From assembly GCA_964106645.2 (NCBI GenBank), contig OZ067039.1: a stretch of 64,000 nucleotides of DNA; one strand, 5' to 3'. Below, piece by piece: positions 51,308-64,000 of the stretch. The stretch comes from Podarcis pityusensis. Taxonomy: Eukaryota. The stretch's first letter is position 1. The number at the start of each line of letters is the position of its first letter. Position numbers and translations under genes: made by a program. The notes beneath the pieces were generated by a model that worked only from the letters and a program-made list of their open reading frames with translations, was not told where the DNA came from and did no database searches.

Positions 51308-51699
51308 GTAAGATATGGTTTGACTTAAAAGTCTACTTTTTAAATAATTTTTTTAAAAAATAGCTGCCATTTTGTAGCTTCTAATTACTGGCCTGAAGCA
51401 GTCTAAATAATTTTTCACTGTCATCTTGTAATGGTTAGTGGCAGTTAATTAAGCACAGTTTAAGCAGCTACTACTTTTGAGAAAGAGAGTGAGGAGAGAA
51501 AAGAAGACATGATAGAAGAGGAGTAAAATTAGTATCCTCATATAGAGAAGGGGAGTTATTTGTAGAAGTGATTCCATTTGGTAAAATGTCTGTGCCTACA
51601 GATACCCTACAAAGCAGAGAGTTCTCTTATGTGAAGGCCACCAATGTTGCAATTTGTGTTTCTACTATTGCACTTTCCATATTGTCAAACATAATAAAC

Positions 51700-51835
51700 C
51701 AGGCATAGGTAAACTCCGGCCCGCCAGGTGTTTGGGACTACAATTCCCATCATCCCTGACCACTGGTCGTGTTAGCTAGGGATGCTGGGAATTATAGTCC
51801 CAAACATCTGGAGGGCCGGAGTTTGCCTATGCCTG
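51700..51835. mobile_element. Small hairpin hAT-type MITE, full length
   Basis: caggcataggtaaactccggccc / gggccggagtttgcctatgcctg; 8-bp TSD taataaac. Confidence 0.92.
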
Positions 51836-51960
51836 TAATAAACTGTATGTTGCCAGTTAAGCCACGTGTGTACATAATTTTAAATCTTTATTTTCTTGGC
51901 ACATGATAGGTATAGGATATTTAGCACCATTTCGTTTCCATATAATACGTTGGTTTAGTG

Positions 51961-52081
51961 CAGGGTTTCCCAAACTTGGGCCCCAAGCTGTTTTTGCACT
52001 ACAATTCCCATCATCCCTGACCACTGGGATGATGGGAATTGTAGTGCAAAAACAGCTGGGGACCCAAATTTGGAAACCCTG
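51961..52081. mobile_element. Small hairpin hAT-type MITE, full length
   Basis: cagggtttcccaaacttggg / cccaaatttggaaaccctg; 8-bp TSD gtttagtg; near-perfect fold-back. Confidence 0.92.
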
Positions 52082-55000
52082 GTTTAGTGCAAAACAGTAT
52101 GAAACACTGGTCGGGCTGATAAAACACAACTGAATACTCTTCTACGATTCCTTGATGTTTCAGATAACTGCATGTGTTAAATTTCAAAAGACTTAGATGT
52201 AAAACCAATTGTGTGGGGCAGGGGAATCCTTGATCTTTATTGTTGAGTTTTGTGTTCACAGTGCACTTAATTTACTGAATGTCTTAATACTGAATGTCTC
52301 TTAAATGACTTAAGCAAAAAAGAAGGAAGGCCATCAAGTTAGACTCTTCAACTGCACTTAGAAAGAATAATCCTGTGTTTGTTAGAAGTATTTGTATCCC
52401 TCCTTCTGTCTGGCAGAAAAGACTTCAATGCCGCGGACAGTAAATGGAAATTAATATTTAATAAACATAATATACTTGGTTAAGATAGTGGTGGTTCATG
52501 ATGGCTCTGCGGGGAGGAGGGGATGATGATGGAAAATGTCTGATCTCCTGGCTTTAGATGTTGCTATAAATGTTGTCGTTGTTATTTATTAGCAACTTTA
52601 CCATGGTACCGGGGGCGGGGGGAGCTTCAGAAGCATACAGTTTGTGCTAGCATTATTAGCATTAACATCTTAGGCCTGGTGGCAGTCAGCCATTTGATAT
52701 TAAACCCCTACAGATTGCTGTGTAGTTGAGTTCTGAATCTGAAAGCAGGGATTTGCACCCGTATCTAGTCATGAAATCATATAGTGTAGGCTAGTGATAC
52801 TTTTTCCCCATCATCAAGCAGATGGCAGTTGCTTTTCAGATTGATTCGATTTTACCTAGGAACCTGGCTCTATGAAATGCTAAGAGTCAGAGAACAAAGG
52901 TATATTTCACCTGATATTTCCAAAGACAATTAAAGATGACTTAGTCTATCCTCCACGCTTTCCCCTCTTTCCCCGCCAGTTCTTCCAGCTCACTAGAAAT
53001 GCATATGAATGGTAAGATATAGGAATGGGTTGTATTAAAACCTCCCATTTTCTTCTGTTCCACAAGGTGGCATCGCAGCGAGATGTCTCTTTGCTTTTAG
53101 TTTTTATGGTGTCTTTAGGGGAGAACAAAAATCATGGCTTTAATTTCTATCACCTAAATCGGTATGTGCTGCGCTGTATTAACTTCTCACAGGAATATTA
53201 TTTTTTTACGGTGTTCCTCAGACTTTGCTGCAAACTTTAAATAAATCTGCGGGGTTTTTAAAATGTGGATGACATCCTAAAAGAATGTCCCTAGAAAGTA
53301 GGAGTATGCCCCCAGCTCTCACCTTATTCATCATTCTGGTGCAGTACCCACATTCTTTGGCTATTTTTCTCAGAAAGTCAATTGGCTTGATAAATTCAGG
53401 GCTGCAAGTAATCAGGTTTGTTCAGCTGATGCAAAGTAAATATATTTTGACGAGTGAAAGTTCCATCCGCTTTATTTTTAGTATTGCGGGGAGCTTAGTT
53501 CAGTGTGACATGAAGTCAGCCTTTCCTGTGGCCGGTTTGCCAGAAGATTGTGCCAGCGTTCTTTCCAATAACTGCACGGACAATTGCCTTGGGTCTGAAC
53601 CAAAAGATGATTCCCCTGAAACAACTTTTTTCCCTGGTTTATGAGCTGTTCCATTTTTCTCTTTGCTCCTTTTCATGTTCCCTAAGCCCAGCTATCTGGG
53701 TATTTGGAATCACTTTCCACAATGTTACTACCATTTGGTTTGTGATGTTGGCAGATCTTATGCCATGAAGTGTGTGTGACACCTCATACCGATAGCAGAG
53801 CAATGGACCAAGTTTGGAGAAGGGGCATAAAAACATAGTAACTTCTTTTTGTAAGATGGGAGGTGGGTTCTTATTTCAGCTGCTATTTACATAATAAAAA
53901 TGTGCATTAATTTCATTCATGAAGTTAAGATCAGTCTAATTTGGCCCTGGGACATAGAGATAACTTGTCTGGATGGTGGCCAACAGTGGCCTTTGGCTGC
54001 AATGGGGCCCTGTAACTGCTGAGCTGTCATTTATTTCAGATTCAGACGCTGGGACTGCTGCACTCATATATCATCCCCTTATGCCTGTCAAAATGTTTGT
54101 GCTTTTTGAGGACTTCAACTGCTGTGGCATGTTAATCAGAAGCTCAGATAATTGTGCCCAGCATGCTATGATTTGCAGAGTTCAAGACCCTAAGCAGCAG
54201 TGGACGCTCGCAAGACAGCATCGTTTCATACATATTTTTTTCTTCTTTATATCTTGTCAAGAGCATCACAGATCCTAATATGCTCGCCTCCCACCACCAT
54301 CAGATGCGCTCTCTCCTTTTCCCATTCTCCTCTGGTGAAGTGGAGTAAAGGATAAGTTGCTTGACTTGCCAAGGTCACCCAAACAGCCCCATGGCATGGC
54401 TATCATTAAACCTGTATCTCTGGAATTCTATCCCAATGCTTTAATCACTGAGCAACCTCTTTGTCACTTGGCAGAAGTCCATGGTGAAAGCATTCAGAAA
54501 GAAATAATCTGGACAGTAAAATCCTTCCAACTCCCACAGTCTCCCCAAAGAAAAATAAACCCCAAGCTTAGTTAATATTTTGTCTCGTTAGGCTTCCAAG
54601 AGCAGAAATCTAAAAATTTAGAGTGATAAGACACAGGATTGTGAGCTACTCTGGTAGGCAGTTTGGATCTGATACTCATAATTATATCCTTGTTATTTAC
54701 TCTTTCTTGAAACTCAGAAGAGGATTTGGCATGTCTAGTGAGAAAATGCTGTTGTGTGTGTGTCCCCCCCCCAAGCCTTTCACCTTAAAGCAATGGGTAA
54801 GGGGGGTCTAGCATGCCTATGCAGGCTGGGTGAGCGGAAGAGGTCAGCAACACCTAGTTAATTACATTTGCATATGCAGCTGTTCAAATAGAGCCTCTCT
54901 GGTGCCTGCTCTCACCTCGTGGGGGATTTGGAGCAGCTGTTGCTAGACCCGGCAATCTGGCTCTGCCATTGGAGGGCTGGGGTGCGTCCCCGGGACGCCC

Positions 55001-58000
55001 CCTCAACCATCTATCATTTCAAAGGCCAAGTAATTAGTTATATTTGAATACAAAGAGGGGAAACCTGGCATTGTGTGAACATCCAGGGGCAGCTGCTTAT
55101 AGTTTGGTTTCCAAGGATACGTGTCCAGGAGTTAAATCACTGCTTGATATTTCTGGAAAAAGTGCAGAAATGTGATAATCAGAATTTGATGCCTGCTGTT
55201 TATTTTATAGCACATCCTGCAAGTCGGTGGAGGCTTCCCTGTGATTTTAGGTGGTTGTTTAATTTTCCTTTAAAAACAGAGAAAAAAAATACAATTGGCT
55301 ATCGTGCTGAGGTTCTGTTGAGATCATGACTTAGTTTGTTTTGTTTTGTGGGAGCTGGGTGAAAATCATATGTGGCCCGCTTTCCTGATTCTGCATGCGT
55401 TTTTTTGAAGCTCTTTAATTCCCTTCACCAGAAATATGGGTCTTTCAAAAGCAGATGCTAGGCAGCAGAAATATAGGGTGCAGATAGTAGAAGGATGGTG
55501 GAAAGGTCCAGGATAAAGACTTTCCCGCTTATAAGGGCAATCTTAAGGTGCACGTCAGCCTCCAAAATAGAGATGATAAGGATTCATAGTATTTCATTCC
55601 TAAAAGCAGGGACATCCAGGGTGCTTTTTCTCGGTTAAAGATACCTTGGTTAACATACCTTGTTCCACCTGAAAGATTTCGCATATCCAACCAGCCAGTC
55701 TGTTGCTGTTGCTGCTTTTCCTTTCCCTCCTCCATTTTTGTTTTCATATCTGAAACAAAACTGAGAGAGCCATTAGGAGCAGTGCACACATCTTTCCCTC
55801 CACCACATGAAACCATGTGCAGTGTGAACTGGCCCTTACTCATGAGTGCCTGATCACATGCAGGACTGATCTGTAGCATTTCTGAACTTCAAGAAAATGG
55901 CGCGACAGTCACATAAACCAATAGTTTATGCAGTTGGCCATTCATGCTGAGGGCCTGTTTGTGTAGTAGAGGAGAGGGACTAGCTCATGTTTGCTCTTCA
56001 TCCAACTGCAGCCCTACTGTTGGGCTATGATCTGGGGCTGAGGCATTGACCATTTTTTCAAATAAAATGAAAGTGAAAAGTTTATTTTTCAAATAAATGA
56101 GGAGGCCAATCTTGAGGAAAGCATCTGAATCCACGGTGTTGTGTGGTGGATTTCACTGTCTCATTGCTGCTGTAGATGGTGTTCAGTTAACTCTATCCTC
56201 CCTTAGGAGTCCTCAAAAAGAAGGAAGGGTGGAATAAATCCCCCCCCCCGCTGCTTTCACTAGAGAAATATAACTGCAAAGTAATTGATTGCCAAAACAG
56301 TGGTGAGTGACATTGTGGATCTGTGATGCCTGTCCTGTAGATGTACATGGGACTGTAATGTTTGGAAATAAGGGACACGTATCATTTCCCTGTATTCATC
56401 CTGGTCTGTGGAGTCTGGGCCAGAGACCTCTGTGGTGCATATGTGTTTCATGGAACGTGCCATAAGCCACACAAATCCCTGGTTACTCGAAAGGTCTTCT
56501 CTGTTGCAGTTTTCAGTCTTCCCAGTCGTATTCCTTGATGGCTCAATATAACATTTGATGGCCTTTTCATATTTGCCTTTGAAATGCTCTCCAAATTTCT
56601 GCGGTCTTTCTCTCCCTTCATTTCGAGGGTTCAGATTTGCTCCTTGTCTCTGCTCTCCGTGGATTCTCATCGTGGAGCAGGAGATACTGCTTTAGGGTGG
56701 GTTTATTTACCTAATAAACTGGCTCTTGTATCGTCTAGGAAATGCTGACATTTTTGAAAGAGGAACTCCTAGTAACAGGCAAACAAAGGTCCAGCAGTTA
56801 GGTCTGGTGAAACAACGAAATGAAGGTCAGCGAATATTGCCCTCAGCCTCTTTCCCGGTGGCCATGACAGCAGCGGAGGTTTATTTGAAGATCCCAGACT
56901 CAGAGTCATTGCTTGCATTGTCACCCATCTGAGCGTTCGAGTCTGTGCCAACAGTTTGGGATATTAATGTATTCCACAGATCAGTGAAAAAAGGAATTCC
57001 TCTGCACGTCTTTCTTTTCTTTTCTTTTCTTTTCTTTTTTTTTGTTTTCCCTAATTTCCCCCCCCTCTCACTCCTTTCCATACACTTTGTTTGCAGTGCC
57101 TTTGTCTGGCGGATGTTGCTGGGCATTTCTAATGAGAAAGCAAAGAATTGTGGAGAGGGAGGGGGAGGGGTGTGTTAGCACTTTTAAAACATAAGGTGAA
57201 AGTTTTTTACAAGCTAGTCAGGTGCATAGAAATTCGTATTCTGGTTGGGATTGTGAATGCAAATATACAGTAGAAAGCTCCCTTTCTGACACATAAATCT
57301 CATTGATTTGCTTCCTGGAGCAAGAAAGTACTTTAGGAAAAATTAAACACTGCTGCTCCACAGGATGCCATGCCTCAGTGCTTCTTTAGTATTCATCCGT
57401 GCTTCATTACCACAGCCACCTCTCAGCCCACCCTGAGCAGCTGCTAAAAGGGGCAAAATTACAGCAATTCATACTGCGGGTGACTTACTGCCAGGGAATA
57501 ATTGGTTTCTGTTTGCAAGGGACATTATCACAGCGAAGCTTGGAAAACAGAAATTGTTTGCTGGTTTTGGGGAGGGGGGTGTTCAATGGAATGTATTTAT
57601 CAAGATTTTCACAGGATTTGTAGAAAGGGCAGCTTAATGGAAAGAAAAGCTGTTGTTGTTCTTGCGAAGAGACAATTATCTAATAAAGAAATGGGTCAGG
57701 CAAAGGAATTTGCACAGGTTTCTTAAACGTATCTGTTTATGCGGCTTCCCTAGCAGGAATTGTACTTAATACTTAGATATTTTTTTAATATATTCTTTGA
57801 TCCTTCATGGAAATGTTAATGAGACGAAATGGGCTAAAGAGCTCTCCAGACACTGCCTGGAGAGGGAGGAATGAAATGCAGACCCTCTGGAGGGCTTCTG
57901 ACACACAAGAAGTCCCTTTGTTTCCTGTTTTACAAACCAGAGACATGTCTAAAATCAGCAGCAAAAGAGAGCAGGCTGAAGAGGCAGTGCCGAAGACTAG

Positions 58001-60527
58001 GCTTTCTATATTTTAAAGGGGGGGGGGTTGTTTGTTGCTGGCTGTGAATGCCTTGGCGTGCTTGATGGGCAGTGTTCTGTGGCTGTTTGAAGTCCAGAAT
58101 GAAGGTACTCGGAAGATGTGAGCAGGATGTGGTTAGGCCGTCTTTCACTTAGACTTAATTAAGAATCTTGCAGGCTTTGTCTCTTGGGGAGCCTGTTTCT
58201 GTGAATAGGGAGCTTGGCCCCAAAATTGTATATACCAGGCCCACTGCCTTTGTGTTGGGTTGCCAAACTGAAGACAGTAGCAAGTGCAGGCCCCATGTTG
58301 CTGGAGGTCATCCTCTTGTTCGGAGAAGTGAGCCCACATCCCCAAGAGAAAGCGAGAGGAGCTGGAGGGAGTCTTTCTTAGGAACCGGAGAGTAACCAAC
58401 CTTTATATATGTGTGTGTGCGTGTGTATAAATAAAAAGCCAGTGGGAGGTAGAAGAGGTTTTGTAACACTTTCCAGCGGATGATTGTTTAGCCTTAAGGA
58501 AGGTCAGAGGCTAAACCACAAAGGGCAAACACTTTTCCTCAAGGAGTCAACACTGGGTCCATTTCTGTATGTGGGACTATATCTGGGGTTTCATACCCAG
58601 ATATTAATGAGTCCAGGTATACAATTTATAACCTATGATGTTCCCTTCTAGAGGAGTCAGATTTATTTTTAATACTTTAATGATTAACAAAAAAAGATTC
58701 ATTGTTATTTTGGCTTTTCACAGGAGAAATCCTAGCACTTTGAGAGTGTTGTCCAAAGCTTAATGGCTGGCCTTCCATTTTCAGCAAAAACCTAAACTCC
58801 TGGTTATGGTTTTAGATAAGCCATAAGGTCAGGTCTTTCTATTCATTTGCATGAGAATTAATGCCTATAGAAGTGACCTTTGCCTCTCATTTCATCAGAG
58901 GTCTTGGTAGTTGTAACTGTGTTTAGGGGAGAGAAGTCGAACAGGTGAATAGTGAGGTGGCCTGGATAGGCACTTGAAGGACTCTCTATCCTCTATCCCA
59001 TAGGCTGTGAACATGATTGGATGAGGTAGGTCAGGAGCAGCCGCTGTGTTCCCCTCCAGATGTTCTGACCACCCTGCGTCATTGGCAATGCTGTCTGTGG
59101 TTGATGAGTTGCAGTCCATAACATCTAGAGGGACCAGGTTAGCTACCCTCGAGGTAGGGGTGATGTCTCTGCTAGAAAAGCAACTGAGAAGAAACTTGGA
59201 CCATGCTCTTAACTTGCCATTCATGGGGCACAACGATAGAGAGAGTCTAACTCTGTGCATTCCTGCATGAGACTGGTAGTTTTAAATCTGTTTCATTCTG
59301 GCTTTAGGCCAGATTTGGGCCCAGAGACTTCTCTGCTTGTAGTGGACAATCTCAGCTGTTGCTACTATACCTGCTGATGCCATTTGACAGTAGCATCCTT
59401 CTGAATCATATTGCGGGGTTGAGGTGATTCTGCTTCCTTTTTGACTGGTATAAGAGGGTATTATTAACAGCTGTTCAGTCTATTTCCCCACCATTCTTGT
59501 TTCTGTTTTGGGGAGTGGGGATCCACTTGTGAATCAGCATCTAAAAGCTCTTGTGGTTAGATAAGGTGGAATAGACTTTAAGCAGAAGGCAGACAAGACT
59601 GAAGATGCAGTGCTTCCTTCCATTCATACTCATTTAGAAGATCAGATACCTAACCTAGAAATGTCCCTAGTGGCCATGGGTGCTTTTTTCACTTACACTC
59701 AGTATTAGCTGCTGCAACTCTTATTGGAAGGTAAGACCTTCCTGGTGCTGGGGCGGGGGTGGTGGTCATCACTCATACTTGAATTATCTTAAGAATTTGA
59801 TTTGTATAATATGCTCTGTGTGAACATGCCTGGAAGCTTAGCTTATGCAAAACTTTACTTGTATGATGAGGTATGAGACACTACCTGCATATTTAAAAAT
59901 TCCACTGGTTACATGCTTGCTTTTTAAGAACAATTCATGGTGGTTATTTATGAAGCCCTGCATGGCTAAGTCACAGGTATCTCAATAAACACATGCCATA
60001 TTAAAGTATTCCACGTGTTTGGATCTTAAGGAGAGTTTCCTACTATGTATATTTCTTTTTCCAAAGAGAGGGAGGCATTTAGTGGAGGCGTTCGTATTGA
60101 GGAATTTTGTTCTTTCATAGCAATATTAAAAATAGAACATCGGGGGTTGGAGTTTCTAAGTTTACTCTCAAGCTGAGTTGCTGTAGCCCTTCATTCTCTC
60201 TGCTGATACTTGTGCACACAGAAAAGAGAAAAACATTTGCACATGGATTAACATTTTCTAGAACTTATTGCCATTTGTAGGGCAGGGAGAAAACAACAGG
60301 ATTAGGCAGAGATTCGAATTAACGAACAGTCATTTTGGATTCTGGTTTATGAGGTGAATTCATAGGTTTAATTTGCTGCCATGCAGTTTCCACAATGAGT
60401 TGCATTTGGAATGAGTTGCAGTTAAAGTTCTTTTGGGGAGAGAAACAGTCAGACTTCTGATTAACTGAGGCAACCCTAGTTAAAACTAAGGGTGAATGCC
60501 CAAAACAAAATCCCTTATACTTTATAG

Positions 60528-60645
60528 CAGCCTCCCTCAACCTTGGGTCCCCAGATGTTGTTGGACTACAACTCCCATCATTCCTAGCTAGCAGGACCAG
60601 TGATCAGGAATGATGGCAGTTGTAGTTGAGGGTTGAGAGAGGCTG
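60528..60645. mobile_element. Small hairpin hAT-type MITE with a right-arm deletion
   Basis: cagcctccctcaacc / ggttgagagaggctg; 8-bp TSD ctttatag. Confidence 0.88.
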
Positions 60646-60964
60646 CTTTATAGGTATTGGAGTATGACTTGGGACCTTGGGGTTCATTACTACTACTACT
60701 TCTAATGTTTTTCAAAGTTTTAATACATACATTTTCTACATATTTTCTTCCATCCATTCTTGTTGAATCCATATGAGCATCTTTCTGTCCTCAGTTACTG
60801 CAGAGCAGAGCAAATCCTTCTTTAAGGATTTTTCAATGCAGAACTGAGATTGGCTTTGCTTAAATTGTACGAGTAATAGCAGCTTCCTACTTTAGGGTTT
60901 GGTTGCTTACATCTCACTGTGTTTAAATCCCTTTCCCTCATAAGCTAGCTCGTTCAACATCACT

Positions 60965-61095
60965 GAACAAGGTGGTTCAGTGGATTAAATGTTGGACACC
61001 GGAAGCCCTTCGGCAAGTCACTACCTCTTGGCCTTCTTTCTCTATATCTGCAAAAAGGGGATAACCCAGGAGTGGATGTTCGTGAATGAATGAGG
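60965..61095 (+). mobile_element. Degenerate tRNA/MIR-like SINE
   Basis: ggtggttcagtggattaaatgttggac...ggcaagtcactacctct...atctgcaaaaggggataa. Confidence 0.45.
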
Positions 61096-64000
61096 TATGG
61101 AAAGTTCAATTGCAAGTTTAAATAATCAGTTTGCACTCTTGTGGCAGTTTTATAACAACTATATGATCTACTTGTGGAAGCCTTTTGCTTATCTTTTGTT
61201 GTTGATCAGGCAAGGCTCCCTTTTTGGACTCCTGCAGCGCTTGTCCTTAGCAGTTTGCACCAAAGGACTGAGGAAGTAGCTTAGGGTTGGTTGTTTAGGT
61301 TTCCTCTCAGTAACTTTATCTGAGCACTTTCTGTTCCTATCTACTTTCTCATGGATAATCTCCTTTCATTTTGTTGAACTCTTCCTGTAAAACAGTTTCT
61401 GCTGAATAGCACATGAGTAGTGGGCTATTTTCACATCATGCTATGCTTCAAGCTTCCTTCTGTGCATGTAAACCTATAAAGAGGCTCATCATTTATTCAG
61501 CCACAGGTAATTCTCATGCACGCTTAACATACCAAAGAGAAAAGTGTGTGTAAGGAAGGAAGTAGGCTGAGAGGAAAGAGGCAACACTCTTCCCTTATTT
61601 TCTCTCTTAAATGAATTTGATAACCAAAGCTACTGAGGACTGTTGAAAATTACAAAATCAGGAAAGGGAGGAGAATATTTGGGCTCCAGTTTGTGGGTGA
61701 TAATGTTCAAGACTGAATTATAAGGAGGAAAGAACTGGTAAAATCAGACAGTGTAACTTGGTGTCAAGACAGCCGCAGAGTTTTTTCTATGTATGTGTGT
61801 CTTTAGTGGGCATGATCTATCAGAGTGATTTAGCCAGAGATGCATCTGCATTTTTGAAAAGGCTGTTTTTGCAGCAGCTAGCGATGAAGCTTTCTTTTGC
61901 ACAAATAAGTGTGTTCTTTTCCACCTGCCATACCATTGGTAGAAGAGTATTGGAAGCTTCTTTAAAGGTTCTTGATAGCAGATTATCCAAATGCAGTTGA
62001 TGAATGTTCACTGTCAGGAGCAGGAGATTTGGAGTCTGCATTTCCCAGGGTCTAATCATCTCATAGGGCAGCTGAGTGTGACTCCTTCCCCAATAATCTA
62101 CTTAACTCAGTAGTTTTCCCCTCCTGTTGCCTCACAAGGAGAAAGAGGCTCCTAGGCTGTTTGCATGATAAGTAGCTTCAGACTCTCCAAGCCTTTGAAG
62201 GGAAAGCTGAGAGTTAATTGTGGCAGCTTGAACTAATGGTTTCCCATGTTTACTGGTAGGTTAAGTGAGAAAGAGAGCTTGAAAAACACCCTTCATTTAA
62301 GTGCAGTAATGGGCCTTATAGCGAATTTCAAGAGACAACATGTTAATAACTATTCTCTGATCTGGGGGAAAGTGTTCGCCATGTTCTAAGGCTGATGGAT
62401 TTGCAGGAAGAGTATGATTAAGTACATCAGGGTTTTCTCTTGGGGAAAATTAACTGGGAGATACTCTTGTTTAACTTTTTAAACATCTGCATAACCACTG
62501 TGGAGAGTTACCAGCAAGCTGAGTGACCTTTAGGTGGTAATTGATCATGTCTCACGAAAGTCCAACTCACTGCATGTAAAAATGCCTACCTTTGTATGTA
62601 GGAGATACACATACCCACAGGACTCATTTTACAGGTAAACCAAATATATGCTACTCCATAACTATTGTACAATTCTGTGCTTTAGGTTTGTGCTGTTCAT
62701 TTAAGTTTAGAATCATGGTTAGAAGCATTGTATTTGTCGTCAAACGGTAAAATAATTCCTGCATTTTCATGCGAAAAGCAGCCAAAGAAGTGTTAATATC
62801 TTCAGCAGATTTATTAGACTGCACATAATCACGATGTCTGAAAACTTTACATAGAACTTAAATGCTTAAAAATCATCCCAGTTTCCAGGAACATTACAGG
62901 ATGGTGCACCCTGGGCCACATCATAATATACAGAACTAGCACTGGTTTGAGTTACTTAGGTATTCTGGAAACCAATTTAAGGTGAATTATTTCGAGACAC
63001 TCCATTCAGGTGCGCAACATGAGCATGGAGCAATTCTGGCAGTAGACTTGTAACAGCTGTTACAAGCTGTTAGGCAACTGCGATCAAATTTGCAAGCTTA
63101 AAGGAATGACGCAAGCAACTGCGGCTGAGTGTATCATTTGTATCCCTTTTTTTCTAATAAAATTGTGGTGTGTTCTTGGAGTCCCAAATGTCTCTAAATT
63201 GCATTGTTACCCATTTTATAGATCGGTGATTCCTTAACATGGATTGATGATCTAGTAACAGGTCACAGGAGGCTTGTGGTGCTACCGCCAAAGTTTCAGC
63301 AATGAGCCTTGAAGACAAGCACAGCAAAAGGTGCTAATGGGGCTTCACTTTAGAAAGTTAGGCATGTGTTGGTGGTTCTCCAGTAGGGCTGCAGGGGTGC
63401 GACACAGAGTAGGATATATTTGGTCTTAAGTCATCTACCTGTAAAATGAGTCAGAGAGGTGTGAGATCATACTCGTGATGTGAGCTGGGAAGGGGTGACA
63501 GAGGGACCCCATTTTTTGTTTTATGGTATGAGGACAACATGCCAGCAATGCCTGATGCAATTAAAACTTAATAAAGATAAGGTGCGAGCTCATATTGGCT
63601 AGATTGAGCTCTATGGCTCTTGAAGCCAAGTTGGCATGATCTGTGCATTCTTTCAGCCCTGATGAAATGAAAAGTGAAGGAATGCTGCATGAAACAAATC
63701 AGCTTGGATACTTCAGCAAAATCTCACTTGTGTGCTTTGAGGGTGGAGGGGAATGCATCCCAGTCTGTTTGATTCTCATTGCCAAGTATTCAGTCAGAGA
63801 TGCTGGAGTCCCTTGCCTCTCTTGCATTAGGCTTGTGTTGGAACTGATGGACAAGGGTTCACCAATAGTCGCAGGACTGGAAAAGAAATGTATATCCTCC
63901 TAACTATAGGATGGCTTGAGTTGCTTAAATGAGGATTTAGGAACATAAATACTGAAGGTTCGATGATGCACTTGTGTTCTTTTGCTTTGTATAATACCTT

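Noticed and set aside
51308-64000. Search for the final STX8 exon (transmembrane GMIxVIxLLLxAIVVVAVWP)
   Set aside because: I found no matching sequence by eye; it presumably lies downstream of the window.

Overview
Vertebrate genomic DNA; the repeat families suggest a squamate, probably a lacertid lizard (inference). The window lies inside the syntaxin-8 gene (STX8, + strand). Six internal coding exons (2-7 by human numbering; 100, 95, 111, 125, 93 and 102 nt) splice into one open frame encoding the N-terminal helical region and the Qc-SNARE motif. I did not find exon 1 or the transmembrane exon 8, so they presumably lie outside the window. The intron between exons 3 and 4 has U12 (minor spliceosome) signals. 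The rest is intronic and holds CR1, L1 and L2 LINE fragments, SINE remnants, many Tc1/mariner and hAT MITEs with readable TIRs and TSDs, and repeat-poor stretches that may be conserved enhancers. The most unusual items are a young Penelope-type fold-back insertion (82-bp perfect arms, 13-bp TSD) carrying a minimal hammerhead ribozyme motif, a 120-bp near-perfect palindrome and a pre-miRNA-sized hairpin. Nearly all ORFs in the supplied track are spurious. I see no convincing new protein-coding system. Family assignments and comparisons to human come from memory, not from database searches.
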